Part shown: piece by piece, positions 8,756 through 19,200 of the stretch
How positions within the stretch are numbered: the first letter of the stretch is position 1
Layout: every line of letters starts with the position of its first letter
Origin: Alphaproteobacteria bacterium
GTDB lineage: Bacteria > Pseudomonadota > Alphaproteobacteria > Micropepsales > Micropepsaceae
Assembly: GCA_019242395.1 (NCBI GenBank)
Contig: JAFAVP010000174.1
Coordinates: forward strand, 1-59,521
Length of the DNA stretch: 59,521 bases
Reading direction: 5' to 3'
Notes under the pieces: model-generated
What the model was told of the DNA's origin: nothing
Database searches by the model: none
What the model saw: only the letters and a program-made list of their open reading frames with translations
Program-made: the position numbers and the translations under genes

Positions 8756-11374
8756 CTATTCGTGCTCCCACAATTCTTGATCGTCGTCGTGCAGCTCCGG
8801 CGGCACAGCCAAGACCGCAGGGGGCCGGAGGCGCGCGAATGGGCGGCCACTGCGGTTGAAGCGCGCATTGTAGAACGGATCGCGTTCGATGGATTGTTTC
8901 CAGCGCGCGCGCATCAGTGCAAACTCGGTCTGGCTGCGTAGCCGCTTCGTAAAGTCATCGTCGATGCCGCGCGATTTCGATTCCAAGTGATACAGCGTCG
9001 CAAAGGGAGTGTAGATCACTGAAAGACCCGCAGCACGTACTTTTAGGCAATAATCTACATCGTTGAACGCGACCTTCAAACCCGCTTCGTCGAAGCCGCC
9101 CAATTCTAGAAAGAGCGACTTCCGAGTGGCGAGGCAGGCGCCTGTCACAGCAGACACGTTTCGTTGCAGAGCGGTGCGGCCGAGATAACCACCTTCCGCC
9201 GGCCGCTCCCCGACCCCTTCGTGCACCGCTCGTCCGCCGAGGACGACGCCTCCGTGCTGTATGGTTCCGTCCTCATAAAGAAGCCTCGCCCCAACGGCGC
9301 CGACAGTCGGGCGAATAGCTTGCGATGCAAGTTCACGCACCCAGTCCAGCGACAGCACTTTCGTATCATTATTCAGGAAAACGAGAATTTCCCCGGCTGC
9401 CTGCCGTGCCGCCACATTGTTCATCGCGGACCAGTTGAAGGCGCTCCGATAGGGCAGGATCGAGACTCCGTGCTCCGTTGCGGCATGATCGAACAAGGAA
9501 AAAGTTTCCGGCTCACAGCTCTCGTTGTCCACCACAATGACTTCATATGGTACCGGGTAGTGTGCCTGCGATTCGAGGACGCTCGCGAGACAAAGTTCCA
9601 GCAGGTCCGCGCGATCTCGCGTCGGAATGATAACTGAGACTTTGGGCGCTGGAACCGGCAATTCCCACACAATGCGTTGGCTGTTAGGGCGCGGTTTGCC
9701 GAAGGGGTCCGCGTGCGGTTCCGCTTTCGCGTTGGCACGCGTTCGCTCTAAATGGGCGTTCACACAAGCAACCCGCTCCAGGACCTCCGATTCCCGCTCA
9801 GGTTCGCCCCCTCCATTTGCCGACCGCGGCGGTGCAAGCCTATGATAGACGATCCGCTCGATGTGCAATACGTCCGCGGGCCTGAGATTTTCCGAGGCGC
9901 GCAGGAGAAAGTCGTAGCTAGCGGAGGCGGGATATATTCCCCTGAAGCCGCCCAAATCTCTTGCGAGCTCGCGAGCGCAGGCGAAGGCACTCTCGATGTA
10001 GTTTGCCGACAGCAAATGATCGTAGTCAAAGTCAGATCTTAGTGCGGGCAACTGGTAACGAGCTTTGCCGCCTTCGCGCGTAAACATATCTCCGTCAAAA
10101 TACACCAAAGGGCAGCGTTGTTGTTGCAGTGCGGCCACGATTTCGAAAAGGCCGTCTTCCGCCAGAAGGTCGCCCTCTGGCAGCCAGATCACATACTCAC
10201 CTCGTGCGGCTTCAAGCCCCGCGTTGTTTCGAGCCCATCCTGGCAAGTCGCCAATCACCTCCACCGATCGAAGGCGTGTATCGTTAGAACAGAGGGTGCT
10301 GACGACCGATTTGCGCTCGTCATTGTCCAGCGGCACTGCCAAAAGGCACTCCCACTGCTTGTACGTCTGGCGCCGCAGGCTATTGATCGAGGCCATTACG
10401 CCGCTGCTCTCTCCGGGACCGGACAACACTACGGAAAACCCTGGCGCGTACGAAAACTGAGTGGCTTCTGCTGCCTGGATAAGACGGCGCGACATGAGCG
10501 CTTTGCGGGCAGCCTTCTGATACGCGTCGTACATCGATATCGGATAATCGTTTTGTCCCGCGATGTGTGGCAGGGCGGACTGAACACGTTCCAAGCTTGC
10601 GGTGACGGCCTCCAGCTCACGATGGAGACGAAGAAAGGAATCTACAGCGTCCGTTTGGCCCAGCCGCAGGCGAATCGGCCGCGCAATAGGCAAGTGTGAA
10701 ACAGAATCCCGGACCGTAAGCACCCGCTCAACCTGCAGATCGGATTGGTGCACGGCAGGGACGGTAAAGGAGAAAGCGTACCGCCCCCTACCGCCGATCT
10801 TCTCCTCCAAATCCCGGCGAAATTCAGTGGCCTGTACCGTTCCAATGAACAAGTTATCCAGAAAAAATTCGAGGGTTAGCGGGGTCTCCAAGTCAAGCAG
10901 GTTCGCTGCCCAACCGCGGACTTCGAACATGGACGTGTCATCGACCCAACCGATGATTTCGCGCTCCGCTTGAGTCTTGCTGACCGACTGACGTTTCCGC
11001 ACCGCCGGGAGGAGCGCGTCGTTCATGACCCGCCCAATCTTCGTTTCGAAACCATTATCGCAGACAACCTGCGTCAGAACCTGCCGCCACGTCTTAGCTT
11101 CGGCCAGTACGTTCCGGGTTTCCTCCGCCAAGGGTAGTGCTTCCCGCGTCCAAAGGATCAACTCTGGGCTGGGAAACGGAGAAACCCTCAGATGCGGCAG
11201 CGGGTAGCCACCGGCTAAAGGCGCCATCACGCGCTCAGAAAATTCACGCGAACCGACGAAGTCCGCAAGCATTTTTGAAAGCGGCAGGGATGCTTTGTCG
11301 TGGACGACACGCTCTGCCTCGGGTTCCCTGCCAAGAAATAGACGATAGCCGTTTATCGCGTCCTGCAGTGACAT
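8756..11374 (-). CDS. Multidomain GT2 glycosyltransferase (two GT-A domains)
   Basis: VSVIIPTRD, FNWSAMNN, FLNND, SAVTGACL, FNDVDYCL, HLESKSRG. N-terminal YRLFLGREPE motif. Confidence 0.88.
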   Translation of the reverse strand: MSLQDAINGYRLFLGREPEAERVVHDKASLPLSKMLADFVGSREFSERVMAPLAGGYPLPHLRVSPFPSPELILWTREALPLAEETRNVLAEAKTWRQVLTQVVCDNGFETKIGRVMNDALLPAVRKRQSVSKTQAEREIIGWVDDTSMFEVRGWAANLLDLETPLTLEFFLDNLFIGTVQATEFRRDLEEKIGGRGRYAFSFTVPAVHQSDLQVERVLTVRDSVSHLPIARPIRLRLGQTDAVDSFLRLHRELEAVTASLERVQSALPHIAGQNDYPISMYDAYQKAARKALMSRRLIQAAEATQFSYAPGFSVVLSGPGESSGVMASINSLRRQTYKQWECLLAVPLDNDERKSVVSTLCSNDTRLRSVEVIGDLPGWARNNAGLEAARGEYVIWLPEGDLLAEDGLFEIVAALQQQRCPLVYFDGDMFTREGGKARYQLPALRSDFDYDHLLSANYIESAFACARELARDLGGFRGIYPASASYDFLLRASENLRPADVLHIERIVYHRLAPPRSANGGGEPERESEVLERVACVNAHLERTRANAKAEPHADPFGKPRPNSQRIVWELPVPAPKVSVIIPTRDRADLLELCLASVLESQAHYPVPYEVIVVDNESCEPETFSLFDHAATEHGVSILPYRSAFNWSAMNNVAARQAAGEILVFLNNDTKVLSLDWVRELASQAIRPTVGAVGARLLYEDGTIQHGGVVLGGRAVHEGVGERPAEGGYLGRTALQRNVSAVTGACLATRKSLFLELGGFDEAGLKVAFNDVDYCLKVRAAGLSVIYTPFATLYHLESKSRGIDDDFTKRLRSQTEFALMRARWKQSIERDPFYNARFNRSGRPFARLRPPAVLAVPPELHDDDQELWEHE

Positions 11375-11387
11375 TTCTCCTCACGCG

Positions 11388-11804
11388 CTAACGGCGCTCC
11401 TCCGGCCCCTGGACATGCTCAATATACGATTTCTCCTCCATGAAACGGGAGTCCAGGAGGAGATCAATCTCGCGCTTCAGGCGAGCCCGTCGATCATTGG
11501 TCAGGTAGATACTACGGGCCACCTGCACAAATTCAGGCCCGAAATCGGCTCTACATTCATGGATTCGAATGGCGTCTTCATGATCCCAAAGCGTTTGGTT
11601 CACGCTTTTCAGCTCGGCTAGCAAGACGTCCAGCCCTGGACGGTGCCCGGCAGCGGCGAAAAAGCGCTGAGAGACTTCGGCTAGCTCTGCCTCGATATGA
11701 ACCAATTTATTGGAAGCGCGGATGCGTTCCCGCTTGATCTGCAGAATCGTCATCTTATCGGCTGCTTCACCGAAAGAGATTGGCAGCAAGAGAGGAGAAC
11801 TCAC
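11388..11804 (-). CDS. DUF6165-like protein
   Basis: ISFGEAADKMTILQIK...LWDHED...ARSIYLTNDRRARLKREI. Confidence 0.75.
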   Translation of the reverse strand: MSSPLLLPISFGEAADKMTILQIKRERIRASNKLVHIEAELAEVSQRFFAAAGHRPGLDVLLAELKSVNQTLWDHEDAIRIHECRADFGPEFVQVARSIYLTNDRRARLKREIDLLLDSRFMEEKSYIEHVQGPEERR

Positions 11805-13480
11805 GCAATTCCCCGGTCGGCTTCATCGGCACTCAGCAACGAAAGAATTATACCTTCCGCTGCCTCCACCGGAATCTCTCCAACGCATGCGCATCGCCCG
11901 GATGCAAAGAAAGCGTGATTCTTAACCTCGCAGGGTGAGCAGTCCTTCTGTAACGTGAGTGCCGCCACGGTCTCGGTCAGGGGCATGTGCGTCAGCGCGT
12001 CCGTTGGAGCGAAGATCGCGACGGCGCGAATCCCCAGGGCACTCGCGAGATGCATGGCACCGCTGTCGTTCGACACAAACAAAGTACACCCTGATAGGGC
12101 GCGGCACATCTCCTCGATGGTGCCGCCGGTAAGATTTTCGGTCCCTGGAACGTATTCATCAGGCGTGCCGAATGAGGCCACACGAACGCCTCGGCTACGA
12201 AGCTTTCTCGTCAGCTCTCCAAAGTAAGGCCAGCGTTTTGAGAGCCAGCGCCCCCCCTTCGAGCCGGCATGCAGACCCACCAATTGCGTATCCGGCTCTC
12301 GCCGCTCCAGGTTGCCAGCAAAATAAATCGCTGCATCAGCTTCGTCGTATGGGATGCCGAGCAGCGCTTTCGCGGCTTCCAGGTTGAACAGAGTCTCGTG
12401 CAAGCCACCTGCGTGGAAATGCTGCCAATCGCGCGCATTTTTTACCTGCTCTGCGTTGAAGGCCAGACGCAAAGGACCGAAGGAATGCGTGACAAACACA
12501 TTGCGGTACGCCTGTTGCAGAACGCCTCTGCCCAAGGTCCAAACCCGGTTTACATATTCCGGATTTTGGACAAGAAACTCGGCGCCTGGATGATCGCCGG
12601 CCACCAGGACGTCCGGACGCTGTTTTGTATGGCGAGCGATATTTGCGATTGCCGGTGTGCAATGCAGGATATCTCCGATGCCGCCGCCTATCGCGATGAG
12701 CCACGATGCCGGTCCCGGTGCTTCGGACGGTTCCCTTTCCTCTCCCGTGCAAAACAAATCGAGCGCTCTCAGGGATTTTGTCACTGGATGACGTGAATCG
12801 AGAGCGATCAGTTGCCGATAAAATGCGCAGGCCTCCTGAATCCGGTTTTGCGCGGCCATACTAAGCGACGCTACGCGCAAGGCGCGTAGGTCGTTTGGAG
12901 CGTCCTCTAACACTGGGCCGATAATGCGAAGAGCTTCCGACGAATGACCACTATCGTGTAGAGCTTCAGCAAGTGCTACACGCGCCTTCTGTGCGATAAC
13001 CGGGTCAACAGACCCCGAGGCAAGGCGAAGGGCAGAAATCCGTTCCCGGCGGCGAGAAGAGTAGGCTTCCGGAGTATCGCTGCGTTCCAGCTCCAGGAGG
13101 AGTTTGGCCAGTTCCCAATTTCCAAGGCGCCGCACGTCGTCCGCTTCTGCGGCGCATTGTAATCGGTGAAGTGCGCGCGGGCGATCGCCGCTGCGCCGGA
13201 ATGCGATGCCTGCGGCCAGGTTGGCAGCCACCGATCTCGGCGCGAGTTTCACAGCACGGCCTGCTAGAGCAGCGGCGACGCTTGTGCAGCGGCGAGCCAA
13301 GGCTAAACGGCTTGCAAAGGCGAGTGGGCGCTCCAGGTGCAGGAATGTGCGCCCTGAGCGTTCCGCCCGGCCAACGGTGTGGCTGCGATCTTGGGTGGCC
13401 GCGGGCGCCGTGCGATAGCGGAGGTATTCGCGACTTTGTCGGAGTGCGTCTTTGTAACTAAGCAAAAGAACGCTGCTCAT
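11801..13480 (-). CDS. TPR-like + glycosyltransferase family 9 (heptosyltransferase-like) protein
   Basis: GGIGDIL, KRWP, FVSNDSGAMHLASALG, IFAPT, CSPC; helical-repeat N-terminus. Confidence 0.8.
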   Translation of the reverse strand: MSSVLLLSYKDALRQSREYLRYRTAPAATQDRSHTVGRAERSGRTFLHLERPLAFASRLALARRCTSVAAALAGRAVKLAPRSVAANLAAGIAFRRSGDRPRALHRLQCAAEADDVRRLGNWELAKLLLELERSDTPEAYSSRRRERISALRLASGSVDPVIAQKARVALAEALHDSGHSSEALRIIGPVLEDAPNDLRALRVASLSMAAQNRIQEACAFYRQLIALDSRHPVTKSLRALDLFCTGEEREPSEAPGPASWLIAIGGGIGDILHCTPAIANIARHTKQRPDVLVAGDHPGAEFLVQNPEYVNRVWTLGRGVLQQAYRNVFVTHSFGPLRLAFNAEQVKNARDWQHFHAGGLHETLFNLEAAKALLGIPYDEADAAIYFAGNLERREPDTQLVGLHAGSKGGRWLSKRWPYFGELTRKLRSRGVRVASFGTPDEYVPGTENLTGGTIEEMCRALSGCTLFVSNDSGAMHLASALGIRAVAIFAPTDALTHMPLTETVAALTLQKDCSPCEVKNHAFFASGRCACVGEIPVEAAEGIILSLLSADEADRGIA

Positions 13481-16196
13481 GCTTCTCCGCTATTAGCTGC
13501 AGGTCACCGTTCTGAAAAACAACACTGAGCGGAAGTCCGTCGCCGGTGACCGAGGCGTGCCAGCCATTCTCCGAGGCCTCAACTCGGACGCGCGCTCTTG
13601 CTGGCTTCAGGTCCCAGCGGAACCACGAGGCCATGACAACTTCGCCGTCCGCCTGATCTCGGCGGACAAGAAAGGGGGTTGCAATGATTTCTCGCTTGGC
13701 GTTTGCGGTCCACCCGATTCCCTTTTCTCCACCCTGTGACCAAACTACCCGATCCTCGTGGTCGCTCGCAAAGTTCAGGAATCCACGGCCCGGGACCTCA
13801 TAAGCTGTCACCGCAGATCCCAGCCGTTGCAGCGAAGGTGACAAATGCCAGAACTGCTCAACGCTGAGGCGCCGCGAACTACGCACTTCGTCGATAACAA
13901 GCAGAGCATTTGCCTGCTTGAGATGTATGGTTGTGCGGACCAGCTCTACGGCCTCCGAGGGGGTGCTGATCACTCTCACCGCGCACCAGCGCTCTTCCTC
14001 CCAGATGGCGTCCATCCGGATGAGATCACATTCGCTACGGCTCACCAATTCGCCATATGTCTGACCCTCGACGCGTATCGCGTTGTGGGCGCCAGGATCT
14101 TCACGCGCGGCGCGGCGGATGTGCGCCGCGGCTTTGCGGTCGGCTGTGCCTCCGCCTATGAGAAGCGGCGTCTCCGCGAGCGAGAAACTCAAGGATGGCC
14201 CCCCGAGAGTTGGCGCACGCGCATGGACCACCAGTTGGGAAGCAGGTCTTTTGCCTGCCGCTGGGGACCGACTGATGAAGAACCCGGAATCTGGAAAGAT
14301 CGCGACATCAACCAGTTCTTTGCCGCCGTGGGCTTGCACTCGGGATGTTCTAGGCGCTGCGCTCATGATGGACTGGGCCGCTTTCGCGGCCTTGGAGTAC
14401 CGGCCGGGCGCAAGCTCGCCGATCGATGGGCAGCTTCCGTTCACCAAAAGGGCGCTGACAAAACGCGCCAACTTTGCCTGACCACCAGAGATTGACCGTA
14501 ACGAAACATCAGCACAGCGCAAGTCCGCAGAGAGTAGGGCCAAGGTTTCCACCACGGAAGCCTGCTCTCGAAAGCCTTCCAGCCACACACCGTCCGGAAG
14601 CATGCCCAACTCAAGTTGCAGATGAATGGCCTGAAGACTCTCGTCCAGAAGGAGGTTGCCGAATGATATCTTTCGTAGCGGGAGGGCAAGCGAGGCTAAC
14701 ACCGCATGCCGGGAAACCGCCCCGGCGGTCCCGAGGCTCGCGAACCCGCCGCCCCGCATACGTTCCAACAGCTCAACAAGCGCTTCGAAAACCGCTCCAC
14801 ACGCAGAAGCGTCGAATTTAATCTTCCGTAGAGCCGCCAATCGGCTGCAGAGCAAGAACAATTGGAACGCCGCCGCCCGGCGCTGCATCGCGAGCAGAGC
14901 CCAGCCTTTCCTGGGCAGCTCCCCCTTAGCCCGGATGCAGTCGAGTAAGACCGCAGCGGCACCGTCGAGCAATGCGCTAGCGCTGATGTTGCGCCGATTG
15001 AGTATGGCGTCGATCTGCTTTGTTGGCTTGAAGGGCGTGCGGCTCGCCTTCATAAACCAGTAGGTCAGAACACTGGAGACAAACTCCAGTCCGTAGAGGC
15101 GCGATTCCCCAACCCGCCCTTCCACCGGGATGCTCCACTCGAAGGGCAAATGGAATTGCACCCGATGATTTTCGCCGTCCATAGGCAGGAGGACAGCGCC
15201 GTCCAGAAAGTCTTCGATCTCTTCTATCGAACAGCGGATTCTAAGAGACTTGGGCAATTGTCCCGGAGGCCAATCGAGCAGCTTCAGCAGTTCGGGTGGA
15301 CTGCTGGATAATCCGACCCCGTGCTCCATGTCCGGTCGGCGGCCAACCGGCGGCGGCAACAACACGCCCGAGAACTGCTCGAGTATCCCGTCTCTGATCC
15401 ACTCTGCGAGTTTGGAAGCACCGCTCTCGCTGAGTTCCCCATTGTGGAAAATGGTTTCAGGGCCGTATCGGGCGACAAGCGGCTCCATTGGGACGAAAAA
15501 AGCACCGGCAGCTTTCGCGACTCGGGCCGCCTCCGAGGCTCTTGACCCGCCCGCAAACTCTACAACCACCGTGGCCGTTTTGCCGGGATGTTCCACTGGC
15601 TCGTGCCCTCCCCCAAGTCTAATCAGAATATCCGGGTCAGCCGGATCCGGTCGTACCTCGATGTCCGCGGCACGGAAGGCTTCTTGCAGAGCTTTGAAAA
15701 GGTGAAGCGCCCCGCGCTGATGATCAGTGACCAAGGCAACGGTGAGTGGGTTCGGCAGGCGCCGAGGGCGTTCATTCCCGGTGCTGTGGTCTGGAATTTC
15801 TGACGGTTCTTGTTCTGCGCTGAATGCAGCGTCGTCAAACTCCTCATCCTCTCCGGCGCCTCCGCGCGGCACTGGCTCTGTATCGGCCGATCCGCGGCCG
15901 CGGCCTTCTGGCAGGCGCGCGCGCGTCTTGTTCTGCCGCCGCTCTTTCGAAAGAGCCTTCTCTCGATGGCGTGCGCCCTTGTTTCGCGCCAGAGAGGCTT
16001 CGCCGCTACTGCTTGGAGATTGAACTTCCTCGGCTGCCTGTGCGCCCTCCTGACGCCGGGCCTGCCGCTCGACCTTTAGCTGCCGCCGTTCCTGCCGGCG
16101 CTTCTCCTTCGATTCTCCGCTCCGCCCACCGGCGGCGGCCGGAACAGGGCCAATGATGGAGTCTGGCGGCTTGTGTTTACTGTGGACTGGCACCAC
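13458..16196 (-). CDS. Heparinase II/III-like protein with charged low-complexity N-terminus (divergent)
   Basis: FPDSGFFISR, LSFSL, AHNAIRVEG, VIDEV, EQFWHLSP in the C-terminal region. Confidence 0.55.
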   Translation of the reverse strand: MVPVHSKHKPPDSIIGPVPAAAGGRSGESKEKRRQERRQLKVERQARRQEGAQAAEEVQSPSSSGEASLARNKGARHREKALSKERRQNKTRARLPEGRGRGSADTEPVPRGGAGEDEEFDDAAFSAEQEPSEIPDHSTGNERPRRLPNPLTVALVTDHQRGALHLFKALQEAFRAADIEVRPDPADPDILIRLGGGHEPVEHPGKTATVVVEFAGGSRASEAARVAKAAGAFFVPMEPLVARYGPETIFHNGELSESGASKLAEWIRDGILEQFSGVLLPPPVGRRPDMEHGVGLSSSPPELLKLLDWPPGQLPKSLRIRCSIEEIEDFLDGAVLLPMDGENHRVQFHLPFEWSIPVEGRVGESRLYGLEFVSSVLTYWFMKASRTPFKPTKQIDAILNRRNISASALLDGAAAVLLDCIRAKGELPRKGWALLAMQRRAAAFQLFLLCSRLAALRKIKFDASACGAVFEALVELLERMRGGGFASLGTAGAVSRHAVLASLALPLRKISFGNLLLDESLQAIHLQLELGMLPDGVWLEGFREQASVVETLALLSADLRCADVSLRSISGGQAKLARFVSALLVNGSCPSIGELAPGRYSKAAKAAQSIMSAAPRTSRVQAHGGKELVDVAIFPDSGFFISRSPAAGKRPASQLVVHARAPTLGGPSLSFSLAETPLLIGGGTADRKAAAHIRRAAREDPGAHNAIRVEGQTYGELVSRSECDLIRMDAIWEEERWCAVRVISTPSEAVELVRTTIHLKQANALLVIDEVRSSRRLSVEQFWHLSPSLQRLGSAVTAYEVPGRGFLNFASDHEDRVVWSQGGEKGIGWTANAKREIIATPFLVRRDQADGEVVMASWFRWDLKPARARVRVEASENGWHASVTGDGLPLSVVFQNGDLQLIAEKHEQRSFA

Positions 16197-16220
16197 TTCG
16201 AACCTGAGGAGCGCAGTACT

Positions 16221-19200
16221 CTATTGGACCGCCGCAGCAGAGGGATCAAGCACCGGCTGCGGTCTTCTGGATGCAAGCCGCTTGCCCAATCGTTCGGCGA
16301 AAGCTTCTTTGGAATAGACCTCTATGAGCCTTTCGCGGCCCCGGGCGGCTTTCCGCAAGGCTTGGGGATAGTCGCTGTAGACCTGCCGCATCTGGGCCGC
16401 CGCCGAATCGACATCCGGGTCTGCCCAGATCGCCTCCTCATCTTCCCAATATGCGCCCTGCGCCCTCACGGGAATAAGCCGGTAGGCCACTGGATAACTG
16501 TTCTCTGAATCGCAGAAGTCTGTGTTTCCAGAGTAATCCGTGGCGATCACCGGCAGCCCAAGCGCTAGAGCATCGGATAAAACATAGCCAAAGCCCTCCG
16601 CGCGGTGGAGGGAAACTACGCAGGACGTACGCCGCATCAGCTGCTGCATCTGAGCCTCCGAGTAGCGCTCCGTCACGACGTGAATCCGCCGGTCACCGGC
16701 GCTCGCACGGGAGAGTTCTTCCCACTGGCCCTGTGCATTTCCGGGATGTTGTGGGTCAACGTTAGAGGCCTTTACAATCATCTCCACTTTCTCGGCGCCT
16801 GGGAACGCCTTGCGGAACGCAAGTACGCTCGCCAGCGGGTTCTTGCGCTCCACGGAGGAGTGAAAATCGAAGACCGTTAGAAAGCGGACCGGGCCGTTGT
16901 TGCTGGCGGGCGGCCGGGCGGGCCAATCACGCCTCGCGAAGAGTCCTTTACCAACGACATGGACGGGTTTTCCAAAGGGCGCGTATATCCCTGCGACGTA
17001 GTTCGTCGGAGTCCATATCTCATCTACCAGCGCGACGCCCAGCTCTTGCACGCGCGGCGCTGCTGAAGTCTCCCACAGAAAGAACCCAATCACGTTGCAG
17101 CTATCTAGGATTCCATGACGATCTCTGATGAAGAGGGAGGGGATATCCTGCGCGTTCACGGCTGCTACCACCGTCGGATGAGGTCCACATCGCTCCGACC
17201 AAGCCGTCAAGCCCTGGGCGAACTCGTCTGCCGGAAGTTCGTAGGCAAGCGTCGAGACCCGTCGCCCGCTGCCCTTTAATGCATCCTGCAGCATTCGAGA
17301 ATTGCGGTTCAATCCGGTCCCCTGCCCCAAATGTCCGATCAGTAGAACGTCCGAACCCGTACAGCTCTTTGTAGGCTTCCCCAGCGGACTCCGCCCCCCG
17401 GACAACAGGCTGCTGAACGGGACAGGCGGCACAGATTGCTCCTTGGCAAGTACTGAGATGCATAAGTCGATGAAGGTGGGCCGTGCCTCTTCGTCGTGAG
17501 GCAACATGGCGGAGAAAAACACGCGATAGTAGGGCCGGTCTCGGAGCGCCGTTGCGAGGAGCTCTAGGCTCACAAGAACGCAATCGAGGCCGATATCAGG
17601 ACTCCAGGTTCCTTGATCACCTTTTGCGGAACGCATGTGCTCAGCAAAACGAGTCAGAGTAACGCCCCATTGGGGATGGCTTCGGTGCGTTGAATTCAGA
17701 AAGCTTAGGACATCGGCTGCCACAAAGGCGGAGGGTATGCGATTGTCCTCCATAGCGGTCTCAGCGTACCAAAACGCTAAAGCCTCGAAGAGCCCAGGGG
17801 AGCTGATGTCAACATCGGGGCGGTTGCGAAAAACCAAGTAGCTCATGAGGACATCGGCGGCGCAGCCATCTTCGAAGCTGAAGCGTGGCTGTGCGAGCTG
17901 AGCATGCAGCTCTTGGGGGAACGGAAGCTGCTCGACCGGACGCAAGTTTGCAACGGCAGCAAAATAACGAAGCAGGGCGGCGCATACGGCGAATTCACTT
18001 CCCAGAGAATCAAAACGTATCCCTTCTCGCCGTTCGAGATGGTGGTAGAGATACTTCTCCCGGAGAAGGCCCTGCCGGCTGCCTGAGGGCGCATTTGCAA
18101 GCCGAGCGGCCCCAACCAGCTGGGAACAGAGCTGCGCAAAGCCCGGGCCCGCGAAGAACTCCTTTGCCGTGTCCGACACCATCGAAGCTACCAACCCGGC
18201 CAATTGACCGGTTAGTTCGGGGCGGCGCGAAGATTGAGACAGTAATTGCTCGATAGCAGTGGAAATCCTGAGCTTCAGCGGCCGCGCAAGCTCGAATGGA
18301 TTAACCCCTTGAGGCTTGCGCAGTAGTGCAACGACACCCGCAAAATCGTCTGTGGCCAATTTGTATTCCGCGACCGCCAAACAGATCGCCCAGAAGACAG
18401 CAGGTTCCCGCGCTTGTTCATCGCTCAGCCAGACTTCAACGTCGTGTGGCGGAATATCTCGCATTGCCCTGGAGAACTTCTGCGCAACAGCAGGGGAGCC
18501 TGCAAACAACGCCAGCAGCCGCAACGCAGCTCCTTTGTATTGTCTTTCTATCAAATAGTCGGCGGTAACCGTGACCAGCGAATCTGGCCAGACTCTCGGT
18601 GGCAAGCCAAGTCTCTCGACAACGGCTACAACGAGTTCACTTAAGTCCCGCGCCAGTAGATGCGATAGAATCGCGGGAACGGCCGCTGCATCGTTGCCGC
18701 AATCATGTGCGAGGATTGCAAGTACTTCCGGGCTTAGCGATTCGCTGGATGTTCGTTCCAGCACAGTCTCCAATTCTTCCCTCGCGAATCTAGGCAGCAA
18801 TCCTTGGCGTAGGAGCGGCGGCAACATCGCGACAGCTTCGGGGATACGGTCTAACGCCACGCAACAGCGAAACACCAGTAACTGAGCGTGCCCGCTCTTC
18901 TTGTGCCTGGGCGCCGGCTCGAGGAATCGCAGCGCTAGGTCCGGAGCTCCTGCATCGAGCAGCATACTGCCGGCGGAGCACTGTGAGTCATAGTCCGAGG
19001 TAGTCGTCCTGTTCAACCGCTCGTAAAGCGTAAGAGAATCCTGGGGGGGCCGATCGGCAGCGCCTGAGAGGGGCGCACGATATCCTTTCAATCTGTGTGT
19101 ACCCGCCAAAGCCGCGGGGTCGTTTGGCAACAGGCTCAGGACTGCCGCCCAATGGGACAAAGCCTCTTCAGGGCGCGATTCTCGTTCGGCTATTTGCGCC

